A stretch of 64,000 nt of DNA from Octopus vulgaris (Eukaryota). The number at the start of each line of letters is the position of its first letter. Position 1 is the first letter of the stretch. The DNA is taken from NCBI GenBank assembly GCA_951406725.2, contig OX597830.1:6386001-6450000 (forward strand), given 5' to 3'. A program made the position numbers and the translations under genes. The notes under the pieces are model-generated. The model saw nothing but the letters and a program-made list of their open reading frames with translations. It made no database searches and had not been told where the DNA came from. This document shows, one piece after another, positions 14,345 through 26,839 of this stretch.

Positions 14345-14566
14345 GTATTCAAAACTTGGAACTAAAGAAATAATCAATAGTCATTTTTCAATGAATTCCT
14401 TTGACAAGGGTTATCTTATAAGTAAAATATAACAAATGAAACAGCAACAAAGCCAACAACATCCACAGCAACAACAGGAGATTAACTTTCGTTGGCTTCT
14501 TTCAAAATATAAACCGTTCAACTCAGGTGTTTTAAGCAGGAAATTATATCGCAGCCACACTTGATA

Positions 14567-14567
14567 G

Positions 14568-14642
<75 letters not shown>

Positions 14643-14771
14643 GTCTATCAATCTAATTATCTCTCCATCCATCTATCTATCCATGCATCTATCTATTTAT
14701 CTATTTACCTATATATTTATCTATCGATCTATATCTATCTATCAATCTAATTATCTCTCCATCCATCCATC

Positions 14772-14802
<31 letters not shown>

Positions 14803-14860
14803 CCATATATCTATCTATCTAATTATTTATCTATCTGTTTATTTATCTAGCTATCTATGT
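14567..14860. repeat. (TATC)n microsatellite, partly degenerate
   Basis: Seen directly. Confidence 0.95.
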
Positions 14861-14902
14861 CTATATTTCACCCTCTCCCTCTCTCAATCTCTTCAAACAT
14901 GC

Positions 14903-14970
<68 letters not shown>

Positions 14971-15787
14971 ACACACATACACACATATATGAATACACAT
15001 ACAACACTCACACGTACTCACTCACACACATACACACACACACATATCTTCAAGGCTCATATCACTGATATATATCTATGCACGTATGTTTTCCTAAATG
15101 CTTGTGTATCTAAGCATATATCTTCATACATGCATTTGTCATTTCATGTCTGTATATGTGTATGTGTTTGAGTGTGTGTATATACGTCTGAGGGGTTTTC
15201 AATTATACATAAATATGCATCTCTCTACATGTAACTAAAACACACGCTAAATATCAATATGCATCTACACACCAATTGTAAAACGCGGGACCAACATGTC
15301 ACGTCAATCGCCATTCCCTTCGGATGATGTACTCTTGAGAAGATGTGAACTCATTAATGAATAATTGTTCGTATCTAAACGTAATTATGTGAAATGGAAT
15401 AATGGGGAAAAAATAAGAAATAAGTGGAAATTTTACCGGTGAATGTGTTAAATTATAAGGCACAAAAAGAGAATGACTCTCCCCAGACACAACAGAATAT
15501 GCTTCAACACACGAAATCATATAAAGAATCTTGTAAACCAAATCCAAAAAGGAAATAGAGAAAAAAAATTATTTATAAAAAATTTAAAACTTGATCAAGT
15601 TCCATCTTCAGTTTTCCAATGTTGAAAGCTTTAAGATAACAGAAACACATAGACATATGTATTCATATAGATATGTACGTATGTACGTATGTATGTATGT
15701 ATGTATGTATGTATGTATGTATGTATGTATGTATGTATGTATGTATGTATGTATGTATGTATGTATGTATGTATGTATGTATGTGTG

Positions 15788-15822
<35 letters not shown>

Positions 15823-16623
15823 TGATGTGTCTGTGTGCGTGTGTGCATATATATATGTGTGTGTGTGTGTGTGTGAATGTATATTCTATAATAGTCAAAT
15901 AGAGATATTTGGAACTCATTTAACATGCGTGTTTCAGGTGTGCGTAATGTATAATAGGAAATGCAACCACTACGTAATACCTTCCAAAGTTTTTACGTTC
16001 TAGTTCCGTGCACCTCTTCTTACAATAACACGAAATACACTACACACACACATACACACACACACACACACAAACACACACACGCGTGTATTTCTGTATA
16101 TATGTATATGCATGTGCCTGAGTATATGTGTGTATAAACCCTAACATAGCAGTCATACAAATAGGGAAGATTTTAACTATTTCTCTGATTGATTGAAAGA
16201 AAAGATGAATGACCTTAATCAATTTTCAATCCTCATCAGAAGTGACCAATCTCAGAGATACAAGCAACCGATCTGTTTATATACACAACAATCCCAGCAG
16301 CTTCAGAAAATTTGAGCTACTACTTTGCACACTATTTAGCACTTTATTTATTCTCAGTGACCTGTCAACGGCGATCTCAGACAGCACAGTATTAAGGTAT
16401 GTCGTAATATATGTAAGTCGATGTAATAGACATATAAACAGGCCAAATTTAAAGTATTTCTCCGTACGTACACACACACATAGATACATACGTATATATA
16501 TATATATATCTGTGTGTGCGTGTGTGTGTGTGTGTTTATGTGTGTTTATGTGTGTATGTGTGTGTAAATAAGTAAATAAATGGAATTGAACGCAGATGCT
16601 TGTTGTTGAGATAGGTTCTCTTT

Positions 16624-16706
16624 CTTTCCTAATGAGAAGATTGCATTTTACACCGTTTATTTCTTTGGAATAAAACCAATGTTGTCTTCGAAACGTATGT
16701 CTAAAG
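16624..16706 (+). ncRNA. Degenerate hammerhead motif
   Basis: ctttc CTAATGA gaaga...tcttc GAAA cgtatg TC taaag. Stem II gaaga/tcttc, GUC triplet, core G5 changed to A. Confidence 0.5.
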
Positions 16707-16919
16707 TAAAAGAATTTCAATAGCATCTGTGTTGAACTCCATTTGTTTACTTATACTACACAAATTACTGCACATTAACCCGGAGTTCTACCTTTGAATA
16801 GGTCGCTACATCCTTGTTACTTGCGTGAATTTTGCTACCCTGGTAACTGTTTATTGAATTTTCCATGTTAACGGTACACAAAGGATAATTCATTCATCCA
16901 TTTACATATTCTTCAACAG

Positions 16920-16974
<55 letters not shown>

Positions 16975-16976
<2 letters not shown>

Positions 16977-17240
16977 CTCTCACGATTGCGAGATTCCCAG
17001 ACCGGCCATTGCGTTGTGTTCTTGAGCAAAGCTCTTCATTCCTCTTTGCTCTGCGATCATTTCGTCACCTGGCATGTGGTACATGGTGCACCTGTATAGG
17101 TAATGTTGGACTGATGGAATGTGCGAGCTTATGTGAACACAAAACATTTGATCCCCATATACATATCTTCTGTGTGGTTGTTTGGTTAGAAACTTTTGAA
17201 CCCACATACACGTCGTCTAACGACGGGAGAATCTATGTTT
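16975..17240 (+). mobile_element. SINE family C-related fragment
   Basis: gattcccagaccgg...gcgttgtgttcttgagcaaagc core shared with 51305-51646. Confidence 0.6.
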
Positions 17241-17241
17241 A

Positions 17242-17377
<136 letters not shown>

Positions 17378-17459
17378 TTGCTACTAATATAAGGATAAAA
17401 TTTTCCCCAAAACATTTTATCAGTGGCTAGTTATATTAAAATACCTTTTAAGGTGAAAC

Positions 17460-17718
17460 TTATAAATAAGGGAAAAGGAAAAAAAAATTATATCTGCCAA
17501 TTTGCTGAATAATAGACCTTAGATCGTCTAACCACATACAGTATTTTTCACTTTAAATACACAGCATGTTGAAACGAGGAAAGTAAGCTAACAGAAATGT
17601 TTTTAAATTCGTTATTCATGAAAAGTATTATAGTGAAAAGTAGTGTATGTGGTTAGACGATCTAAAGTCTATTATTCAGTATATTAGCAGTTTTGTTTTC
17701 TATTGCCCTTATTTATAA
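17460..17718. mobile_element. Foldback inverted repeat
   Basis: Arms contain ctgaataatagaccttagatcgtctaaccacataca and tgtatgtggttagacgatctaaagtctattattcag, with a ~60-nt spacer. Confidence 0.75.
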
Positions 17719-17749
17719 TATATATACACCAATTCCAAATACGCAAACA

Positions 17750-19430
17750 AAATCTGGTATCTAAGTGACATAGATTCAACTTAAAGACTAATGTCTTAAT
17801 TTGCAGGAAAGCATACAGAAAACTAATCCCGTCGGGTAAACCACCCTGTTGCATATGTAGATAAGATTGCGGGTAGATATTCTATACAGTGTGCTTAGTA
17901 CAAACTGTGGAGACAAAAGAGGTACTGCAGAATAGCAGGAAGGTTAGCAGGGAAAGTACGATTTGTTTGTGACAGATGTGAAGGAGCAATCTCTCTATAT
18001 ATAAAGCTGAAGTTGTCTGTGTATGGCAGGTTTAGTAGCCTTCAACTAACACTATCTCCTCCGAGACCCTGCAGCGCAAGTTGACCAAAATTGAGAGTAT
18101 GATAGAAGTCTTGCTCTTCCTTCCGTAGAAGAAAAAATTCAAATCGGACCATGTTACCACCAAAAGTTATTTACATCAAAAAGGTGCTTTTTTTTCTATG
18201 AAAATCCCTATTTTTTTACGATTTTTGGACTGCTGTGTCGCCATTTTCGGTGTATTTCAACCAGAAAAAAGTTCACTTAAAGAGAATAACAAGCTACATA
18301 ATGTAAAATTTTTACTTTTCAAAAATTCCAATTCTAAAGGGTCGAAACAAACCCGAGCAATGCCGGGCGATGCTGCTAGTAGATAATAAGAGCGTACGGA
18401 AAATAGATGTTTTGACATGCCCGGAAGCCTCCCTAGAGGTAGCAGATAGCTTCTGCTATCTAGTCGACCAAATAAGTAGTGGAAGAGGGTGCTCTGAAAG
18501 TATAGCTTCGAGAATATGACCTGGCTGGATAAAGGGCAGAGGGCTTTTAACTTTATTGATAACAAAAGGCCTCTCGCTCAGAATGACTAGCAGATTATAT
18601 GATGCCTGTATAGGCCTCATATAATTATGCTCCGATGGATGTGCAGTGTTTGTGTGCATAGACATAAGAAACAGCAGATGTAGTGTACAGGAGGGAAGAC
18701 TGTGCTAGAATGGTCGTGCGGTGCTGACAGATGACGACAGTTACACAAAGAAGTGCCGATCGCTAAACGTGGAAGGAACATGTGGAAGAGGTAGACCTAG
18801 GAAGACGTGGGATGAAGTGGTGAAAACTGATTTCAAAATGTTGAACTTCTCAAAGGAGATGACAGAAGATGAAGATAAATGGCGTCATGTTTGGCTTGAG
18901 AAGACCCACCCGTCTTAACAGAATCGATGCTCTGTCAAGCCTTCGCCCTGCACGTTTTTTGACACCCATTCTTCCATCAGTCTTCTACGTTACTCTATTT
19001 ATGTCATTTCCTCCACCACTCGACTGATGTCCTCTTATCTAACTCATTCTCTATATATAATCACTTGTTACACTATTTTCACTCTGTCCACTTACCTAAA
19101 CATTCACCTTTTCCCTTCTTCTACCCTATACTGACTCATATTCATGTTGTACCTGGACGACACATTTCTTTCTTTGTCTCTCCTACTTTCCAGGTGGGCA
19201 AGCCATGTTTTCACCTCTTCAGCAAGACACTTGCTCCTCACCCTCTATCATAGTTTCTTACTTCTCCAGTCTATAACCCGCTCAACTGAATGGTCTTATC
19301 TTGCAAGTACTTGCCCACCTCAACGGTGCAGGTGCCACGTAAATATTACCCAGCAAGCTCTGTAAAGTGGTTGGCATTAGGAAGAGTATCCAGCCATAGA
19401 AACCATGTCAAAGCTGACGTAAGGCCTACA
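17750..19430 (+). mobile_element. RTE-clade LINE, 3' part, decayed and split by a Helitron
   Basis: KTNVLICRK..PCCICR..SIQC..KLWRQKRYC..FVCDRCEGA|IDNKS..LEVADSFCYL..GLSLRMTSRLYDAC..VEGTCGRGRPRKTWDEVVKTD..DEDKWR. The GRPRKTW motif is typical of RTE C-termini. Followed by 3' UTR-like sequence. Confidence 0.85.
17990..18379 (+). mobile_element. Non-autonomous Helitron inserted in the RTE ORF
   Basis: a|tctctctatatataaagctg ... cccgagcaatgccggg cgatgctgCTAG|t. Removing it restores the RTE codon ATA, confirming A|T insertion without a TSD. Same family as 56038-56400. Confidence 0.9.
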
Positions 19431-19561
19431 GAGTTGCAGCATGGAAGGTGTTTATAAGCCATTTAAAAACATGGCTTATAAACACCTCCCACGCTGTAGT
19501 TGTTTTCCTTCCAGCACACGATCTCAGATCAGGTCACTTGTTACGCAAGTTAATCTCCGTA

Positions 19562-19599
<38 letters not shown>

Positions 19600-19734
19600 T
19601 GTAAATAATAATAATAATACTAATGGTATTTCTATAAGTTAAAACTTATAGCGATTACCGAAGGAGAATAGTCTAATAATGGGGCATATAAGCCCTCATT
19701 AAATTTTATTTTTAAACCATTCGCACCGAAATAC

Positions 19735-19766
<32 letters not shown>

Positions 19767-19856
19767 ATGTGTGCATGTGTGTGTGTATGTGTGCGTGTGA
19801 TTGTAATAAAGAAAATTTACTTTTTTGTATATGCCTTAGTTGATCTAATTATACAT

Positions 19857-20088
19857 CTATTTCTTTATTGCCCACAAGGGGCTAAACATAGAGGGGACAA
19901 ACAAGGACAGACAAAGGTTTTAAGTCGATTACATCGACCCCAGTGCGTAACTGGTACTTAATTTATCGACCCCGAAAGGATGAAAGCAAAGTCGACCTCG
20001 GCGGAATTTGAACTCAGAACGTAGCGGCAAACGAAATACTGCTAAACATTACGCCCGGCGCGCTAACAAGTCTGCCAGCTCGCCGCCT
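19857..20088 (-). mobile_element. tRNA-derived SINE family B
   Basis: Sense strand: ggcggcgagctggcagacttgttagc (A box), gagttcaaattcc (B box), core ctttcatcctttcggggtcgataaattaagtaccag (resembles the Meta-type SINE core, from recall). Confidence 0.85.
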
Positions 20089-21866
20089 GATCTGATTATA
20101 CATCGTCGACTAAAGTATGTTCCAAACAAATGTATTATATTTCAACCACTTAGTAAAAGAAAGTAGCAGAGAATTGAGTGAAGGAACGGCGCGGTGGATT
20201 GCTTATCTTCATTATCCATACCAATATCCACTTATCTCTTAGCATTATAAAACCTGAAACTTGTTTCAATTTATTCTTCCCAGTTTGTACATCTTCGTAT
20301 CTGACTCTCAGGTTGCTTCGGTACATGTTTATGTAATGTCTATATTTATAGTCTGTTGAATTTAAAGAGGAATTATATAATTCAGCAAGAATTACATTTC
20401 AAAGAAATTTTTACAGTCTGTGGGGGAAGATGCTGTGTCGGTTATAGTATGGCCGTGACTGCTTTTACGGGTTAAAAGGAATTAAATTTGATCGTTTCAA
20501 TAAATTATTCAAATGGAACGTTTAGTTATTTCCTGATATGATATTATTAAGAACCAACAAACACACGCACACACAGAGACTTAGATACACAAACAAACTC
20601 TTGCATATCTGTATGTAAACATATACATACACACAGGTGTAATCACATGAATGGGTGTGGGTAGCGTACGCACACGTTTATAACTCTTATCTTTTACGAC
20701 GCACACACGCACATACACCCACATATATATACATGCATACAAACATGTATTATCTATTAATCTGACTGTCTGTCTATCCATCTATATCTGACTACCTATC
20801 TATCTATCTACCTATATCTGTCTATCTATCTACCTATCTAACTATCTATCTATCTGTCTACCTATATGTCTGTCTGTCTATGTATGTATATATGTATGTA
20901 TGTATCTATATACATATATATATATGTGTGTGTGTATGTGTGAGTGTATGTATATATACACATACACACACACACATATATACACACACATACCCATGTA
21001 CGCATGTACAGACACACATACACATATATATAGAGAGAGCTATATATGTGTATACATATACATAAAAAAATCAGTGCATTTATGTCTATATCTATATGAA
21101 TAAGTAAGTATAAGTATATAGACTTCTATACATACGTACATATTAGCTTGTGAATGTGTAGGCGCGCGCGGGCTGGTGTGTACAGCATTTAAGGTTATAA
21201 TGCTTCAATAAATAAGAATCGTGTATATTTGACCAATAAAATGCAATCATGCTGTGTCAAGTCGTTACTGTATGATTAATTAGTTGAAGAAATTAGAATG
21301 TGAAATCGCAGACTGGAGAAAAAATATCAAAAAAATCTCAAACCATAAACTATGAAACGAAATGGCCGCCAATGGGAGAAAAAGAAATCAAAAAGAGAAA
21401 ACATTAAAACAAAACAATGAACCCGAAGCAAAAAAATAAATATAAAATATGTATAACTGTAACTTTTACTAGTGAAGTGTAACAGTTTTTTAACATATTT
21501 TATAGTTAGATATAAAACTGTATGTATGTATGTATGTATGTATGTATGTATGTATGTATGTATGTATGTATGTATGTATGTATGTATGTATGTATGTATG
21601 TATGTATGTATGTATGTATGTATGTGTGTGTGTATGAATGTACGTATACATAGGTCTTTATTGATGTATGTACAAGTGTTTGTTTTTAAGAGTGTGTATG
21701 TCTGAGATGCATCAAATTTATTTCTTTTTTTTCATAGTTTATTTAAACAAATACACTTATATGTCTCTGTGCGTATATATATATATGTGTGTGTGTGTGT
21801 ATATATATATGTGTATGTATGAGTGTGTGTTTGTGTATGCGCGTATGTACATTATATATATGTATG

Positions 21867-21909
<43 letters not shown>

Positions 21910-22523
21910 ATATATATATATATACACATATATATGTAGGTGTACATATATTTGTATATATATTGTATGTATACGTATATGTTTACCTATCTATTCTTCT
22001 CGCTACATACATATACACACATGTATAGATATATTTTTGCGTGTGTCTTTCACTTTGTATCTTTGTCTATCTCATTATCCAGATAGACACACACACACGC
22101 ACACACACGCACACACACACACATATATATTCCATGTGTAAGTGTGTTTATCAATATATACTTATCCATCTATCTACCAATCTACCTATTTATCTTGTTA
22201 TGTATATCTGTATATATATATTCATACATATGTATATATATTCATTTAATAAATAAAATATATGCATACATACATATATGTACGGACCTATATCTATATG
22301 TATATATACATGTATATGTCTATATATATATATATATATGAGTACAGGACACCACAAATTAAAGTAAAACACAACGAGAAACGAAAACATAAAAACAAAC
22401 TAGGAAACGGACTTTTTTTAACAACGAAAAAACAGAGTACAAGACAACCAATGCAAGGAATATTCCCCTTCATCAGCTGTCCCTGGTTCGACTCAATGCA
22501 GACATACAGACACAGATACACAG

Positions 22524-22554
<31 letters not shown>

Positions 22555-22669
22555 TATATGTGTGGGTGTGCTTGTGTGCGTGTTTGTGTATGTGATTGTA
22601 TGTGTATGTGTACATATATGTACATATAAATATCTATCTATCTGCTTATCTGTCAAAGAAGAACTTAGT

Positions 22670-22810
22670 TCACTCTCTAAAGTAGTGTGCGTTAGGTAGG
22701 GGCATCCAGCCGCATTAGAGATCTTTGGGGCCTGGTGCGACTGTCCGGTTTGCTAGCTACTGTCAAGCAAATCCAACACATGACAGTCTGAAATATGGAT
22801 GTTAAGAGAT
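22670..22810 (+). mobile_element. RTE-type 3' tail fragment
   Basis: ctctctaaagtagtgtgcgttaggtaggggcatccagcc resembles 19357-19400. Ends in (GAT)n. Confidence 0.5.
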
Positions 22811-23109
22811 GATGGTGGTGGTGGTGGTTGTGGTGATGATGATGATGATGACGATGATCAGAGAAGGAGGAGGAGGAGGAGGAAGAGAAAAAGGAGAATG
22901 AAGATGCTGCTGCTGCTGGTGGTGGTGGTGGTGGTGGTGGTGGTGATGATGTTGATTATGATGATGATGATGATGATGACGATGACGACGACGATGATCA
23001 GAGGAGGAGGAGGAGGAAAAGGAGAATGAAGATGCTACTGCTGGTAGTGGTGGTGGTGGTGATGATGATTATGATGCTCATGCTGAAGACGACGACGACA
23101 GCGGCGGCG

Positions 23110-24045
23110 ACCAAGATGCCGTCATCCTTCCCTTACTGCCGTCTTCACTCCCACCACGAAGCAGATGCCCGTCGATGTACAACTGTTGGCCGCTCAACAA
23201 ACTCTTGCCAGCCCACCCAATTCCCCTGACTTATTCCTTTACACTGATGGCTCGACTAGTGAAGGCACAACCGACGGCGGCGTCGGTGTGGTGGTGCGGA
23301 TACACGATGCGGTGGTCCACGAGTGGAACGCCCCGACTGGTGCCCACAGCAGCTCATTCCACTCCGAGAGAGCAGCATTTAACGAAGCCCTCCGGTGGCT
23401 ACTGACCAATGACAACTGGGCCTCCGCAGCTATAGTTTGCGATTGCAAATCATTGGTTGAAGCGGTAGACAACCCGTTCCCCGCAGACCCGACAATTAGA
23501 GAAGGGCAACAAACAGCAGCCCTAGTAGCAGCTGGCAAGATTTTCACGGTGATCTGGGTGCCGGGCCATTGCAACCTCTGCGGCAATGAACTCGCAGATA
23601 TGCAGGCGAAACGTGGCTCGACGCTGCCAGAACCAGATGCCGCCATCGATACAGCTAGGCGATTATTCGTCGAACGTTCCAGCCAACGCCAATTCAACAG
23701 CCCCGTCTGAAGGAAGTCTTCCCAAAGAAGCCGGATGAAAGAACCGAAGCAGCCTTCTCGAAGGCAGACCTCACAGACATGATATGCTTCTGTAGTGGTC
23801 GTCATCATCCGGCAGTCAGGCGGTGACAAAAGATGGCAGGACGCAGCGACACAGATCACTGCAGACTCTGTAACAAGGAGGTGGAATCTGTAGAACATCT
23901 CTGGCTGAGATGTCCGACCCTGATGGTGGAACGCTATATCCGCCAACTAGGAGCTACAATGGATGCGATGATTCGTCTGCCTTCCGCGTCTCTAGCGCTC
24001 CTGAGAGTTATCCTCAGGCGCTTGAGATGACAAACAACAACAACG
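23110..24045 (+). mobile_element. I-group LINE 3' end (RNase H and CCHC), 5'-truncated
   Basis: ORF 23165-23710 has YTDGS..E..IVCDCKS..WVPGHCNLCGNELAD (RNase H catalytic motifs). 23833-24030 has CRLCNKEVESVEHLWLRC. (CAA)n tail. Markedly GC-richer than the flanks. Confidence 0.9.
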
Positions 24046-24083
24046 ACGACGATGACGACGATGACGACAACGATGACGACGAC

Positions 24084-24116
<33 letters not shown>

Positions 24117-24466
24117 ATACGCGTAACGAGACTTCCAAGATCTTCTATACTCATCGTTCGTAGAATGTGTGTGGGTGACCGTTTCTGTTACTCATCCTCG
24201 CAATTCTCGACGTCCTCGCCCTCCCTCACCAGCATCATAGAATCAGGATTAGCAGAACCTCGAGTCCGGCTACCAAACCGGTTTAAGGAACGCTTTTGCA
24301 TATTCAGTGAACCAAACTAAGGGAGAAATCTACATTCCCGCTTTCCAGTGTCAATTATTTCTGCTAAAGGCAGAAAGCCTGAAATTTGTAGGGAAGCGTC
24401 AGTCGATTGCATCGGCCTAATTGCACGACTAGTCATTATTTCATTGTCGACGTCGTCGTCGTCATT

Positions 24467-24504
<38 letters not shown>

Positions 24505-24589
24505 TGTCATGCCGACCTTACCATGCATAAAAAAGTTTAAAAGCTGGGAAGTTGTTTGTCATTTATTTCCCAGATGAGATTTCCTGTAA

Positions 24590-25118
24590 ATTCTTTTCTA
24601 TTCTAGACATGAGGCCCGAAATTTTGGGGAGGTGGCGGCCAGTCGATTAGATCGACCCCAGTACGCAACGAAAAGATGAGAGGCAAAGTCGACCTCGGCG
24701 GAATTTGAACTCAGGACGTAAAGACAGACAAAATACCTATTTCTTTACTACCCACAAGGGACTAAACAGAGAGAGGACAAACAAGGACAGATAAACACAT
24801 TAAGTCAATTATATCGACCCCAGTGCGTAACTGGTACTTATTTAATCGACCCCGAAATGATGAAAGGCAAAGTCTACCTCGACGGAATTTGAACTCAGAC
24901 GAAATACCTTAAACAGAGAGAGGATAAACAAGGACAGATAAACACATTAAGTCGATTATATCGACCCCAGTGCGGAACTGGTACTTATTTAATCGACTCC
25001 TAAAGGATGAAAGACAAAGTCGACCTCGGCGGAATATGAACTCAGAACGTAACGGCAGACGAAATACTGCTACGCATTTCGCCCGGCGTGCTAACGTTTC
25101 TGCCAGCTCGCCGCCTTA
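24590..25118 (-). mobile_element. SINE family B, tandem/nested array (3 cores)
   Basis: One head at 25040-25118 followed by three repeats of the B box/core, with tails joined at gtatttcgtc-type sites. Confidence 0.85.
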
Positions 25119-25490
25119 TAGAGATTTCCTGGAAACTGACATGGTCCCATGGTAGGAATGACAAACGAGGTTTATTTAGCAAAATATCTTTGAGTTGAGA
25201 ACTAAAAATAAATCGACTGAGAATGTTTGTGCATTATCCGTCCTTAGAGATCGCCTCCTGGATAAGCCAATTGACCGAAACACCTGCTGTCATGAATACC
25301 TACGCATAGATCTGGATGCATGTGTATGTGTCGTGAACACACACATACACACGCACTCACTCATGTATATATACGTGTGTATGTATCTATCTATTACTCT
25401 CTCTCACTATATTTTTATATTCTTGGAATATTGTTGTGCCACTCTGTCTCTTTCCTTCCCTGTACATTACTTCACTGCATTTCCTTTCTT

Positions 25491-25537
<47 letters not shown>

Positions 25538-25973
25538 TTCTATGTTACCCTCCTCCTACTATCACATGACCAGTGACGACCTAAAGCGGTGCCATTTTTG
25601 TCCTCACTCTACCCCTCCGTATCTATAGCCAATTAGGATAGTTTTCATTTCTCCTTCGTGTTACCCACTTTTGTCTTTCTCTGCAGCCCCAAGACATTTC
25701 CTGTTGTTGAATATGTATTATTATCATTGTTGTTGTTGTTGTTGTTGTTATTGTTGATGATGTTGCTGATGTTGTTAATTGTTGTCTTCGTCTGGCCCTA
25801 AGCCATTATTCTGTTTAATGTTTTGTCCCTCTTCCGTCAACTGACGGTCTCGTCTCGGGTCCGTCTCTTTTTTGTTATGTTTTGCTCCCCTTTCCCGGCA
25901 AGTTTCTTCCCAGTGCCTCCAGAGCGAAAGCAATATTATCGATAATGGCCAAAATTATGTTCGACCTTCTGGC

Positions 25974-26019
25974 CGATAACTGATGAGCATTGTAGTTCGC
26001 TTGAAGCATTGTAATATCG
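25974..26019 (+). ncRNA. Degenerate hammerhead motif
   Basis: cgataa CTGATGA gcattgtagttcgctt GAAG cattg TA atatcg. Stem I cgata/tatcg, GAAA changed to GAAG. Confidence 0.5.
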
Positions 26020-26139
26020 AAGAAAGGAGCTGCTCAAAACATTTCCACTTCAGGTGGAAAGCCCATCTTCAAAAGAAAAACAATCTGGGAAATGTCTAGT
26101 TTACACCAATATTTGGAGAGTGACCGCTATGTGTAAAGA

Positions 26140-26265
26140 CGCAAGAATGGATGTGTGTTAAGTAGTTTGCTTCCCAACCACATGGTTACGAGTTCAGTCC
26201 CACTGCGTAGTACCTTGAGCAAGTGTCTTCTGCTATATCCTCGGTCCGACCAAAACCTTGTGAAT
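26140..26265 (+). mobile_element. SINE family A, head and core
   Basis: tgcttcccaaccacatggttacgagttcagtcccactgcg...ccttgagcaagtgtctt. Confidence 0.75.
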
Positions 26266-26574
26266 GTATATATATATGTATATATGTGTGTGTGTGTGTG
26301 TGTATGTGTGTGTGTCTGTGTGTATGTATATGTATGTATGCATGTGTGTGTGTGTTCGTACCTGCTGGATCATATATCTATGAGCGTTTCATTGTGTTTG
26401 ACTGTTCGCAAGTGCCCCACGCCCCGCCATCACACATAGACTCCAACGATACACTGAGCAATAAGAATCCTTCAACTACAAACAATGAAAGCACACTCAC
26501 ACACACACACTCACACACACACACCACAAATCTACATTTCTGCTAATCACAATAAGTTCATAACATCTTCTGTT

Positions 26575-26724
26575 TCCATTATTTACATTATTTACATTTG
26601 ACAGATATTTGTCATCATTTTGTTTGTTGTTAACACAACGTTTCGGCTGATATACGTCCAAGCCTTCATCGGGCGTCTTGGGGAAATTTTGAACGTGGGT
26701 TCTCATTCCTAAGGTATATTTCGA

Positions 26725-26725
<1 letters not shown>
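26575..26725 (-). mobile_element. 3' (hammerhead-bearing) half of a putative tRNA-headed SINE
   Basis: Minus strand: (AAT)n-atcgaaatataccttaggaatgagaaccc...HHR...gtcaaatgtaaataatgtaaataat, with a short tandem-repeat tail. Confidence 0.6.
26632..26677 (-). ncRNA. Minimal type I hammerhead motif
   Basis: gacgc CCGATGA a ggct-tggacgtatatc-agcc GAAA cg TT gtgtt. 5-bp stem I with G-U pairs, 4-bp stem II, palindromic AACGTT stem III, U4-to-C variant. Confidence 0.65.
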
Positions 26726-26781
<56 letters not shown>

Positions 26782-26783
26782 CA

Positions 26784-26839
<56 letters not shown>

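Noticed and set aside
20230-20476. piggyBac-like MITE ending ...acgggTTAA
   Set aside because: The left terminus is too degenerate to confirm a TIR pair.
22455-22500. Half hammerheads (minus-strand CTGATGA here; also GAAA..TA half at ~46762-46780 and a decayed motif at 16160-16250)
   Set aside because: The partner half of the core or stem I is missing, so they were not counted.
24265-24300. RFamide neuropeptide reading KR-SLNRFG
   Set aside because: The Gly is followed by Ser rather than a basic cleavage site, and it is a single copy with no signal peptide.
24590-25118. CRISPR-like or regularly spaced repeat array
   Set aside because: The units are SINE cores with homologous intervening tails, not unique spacers. 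There are no cas genes and the context is eukaryotic.
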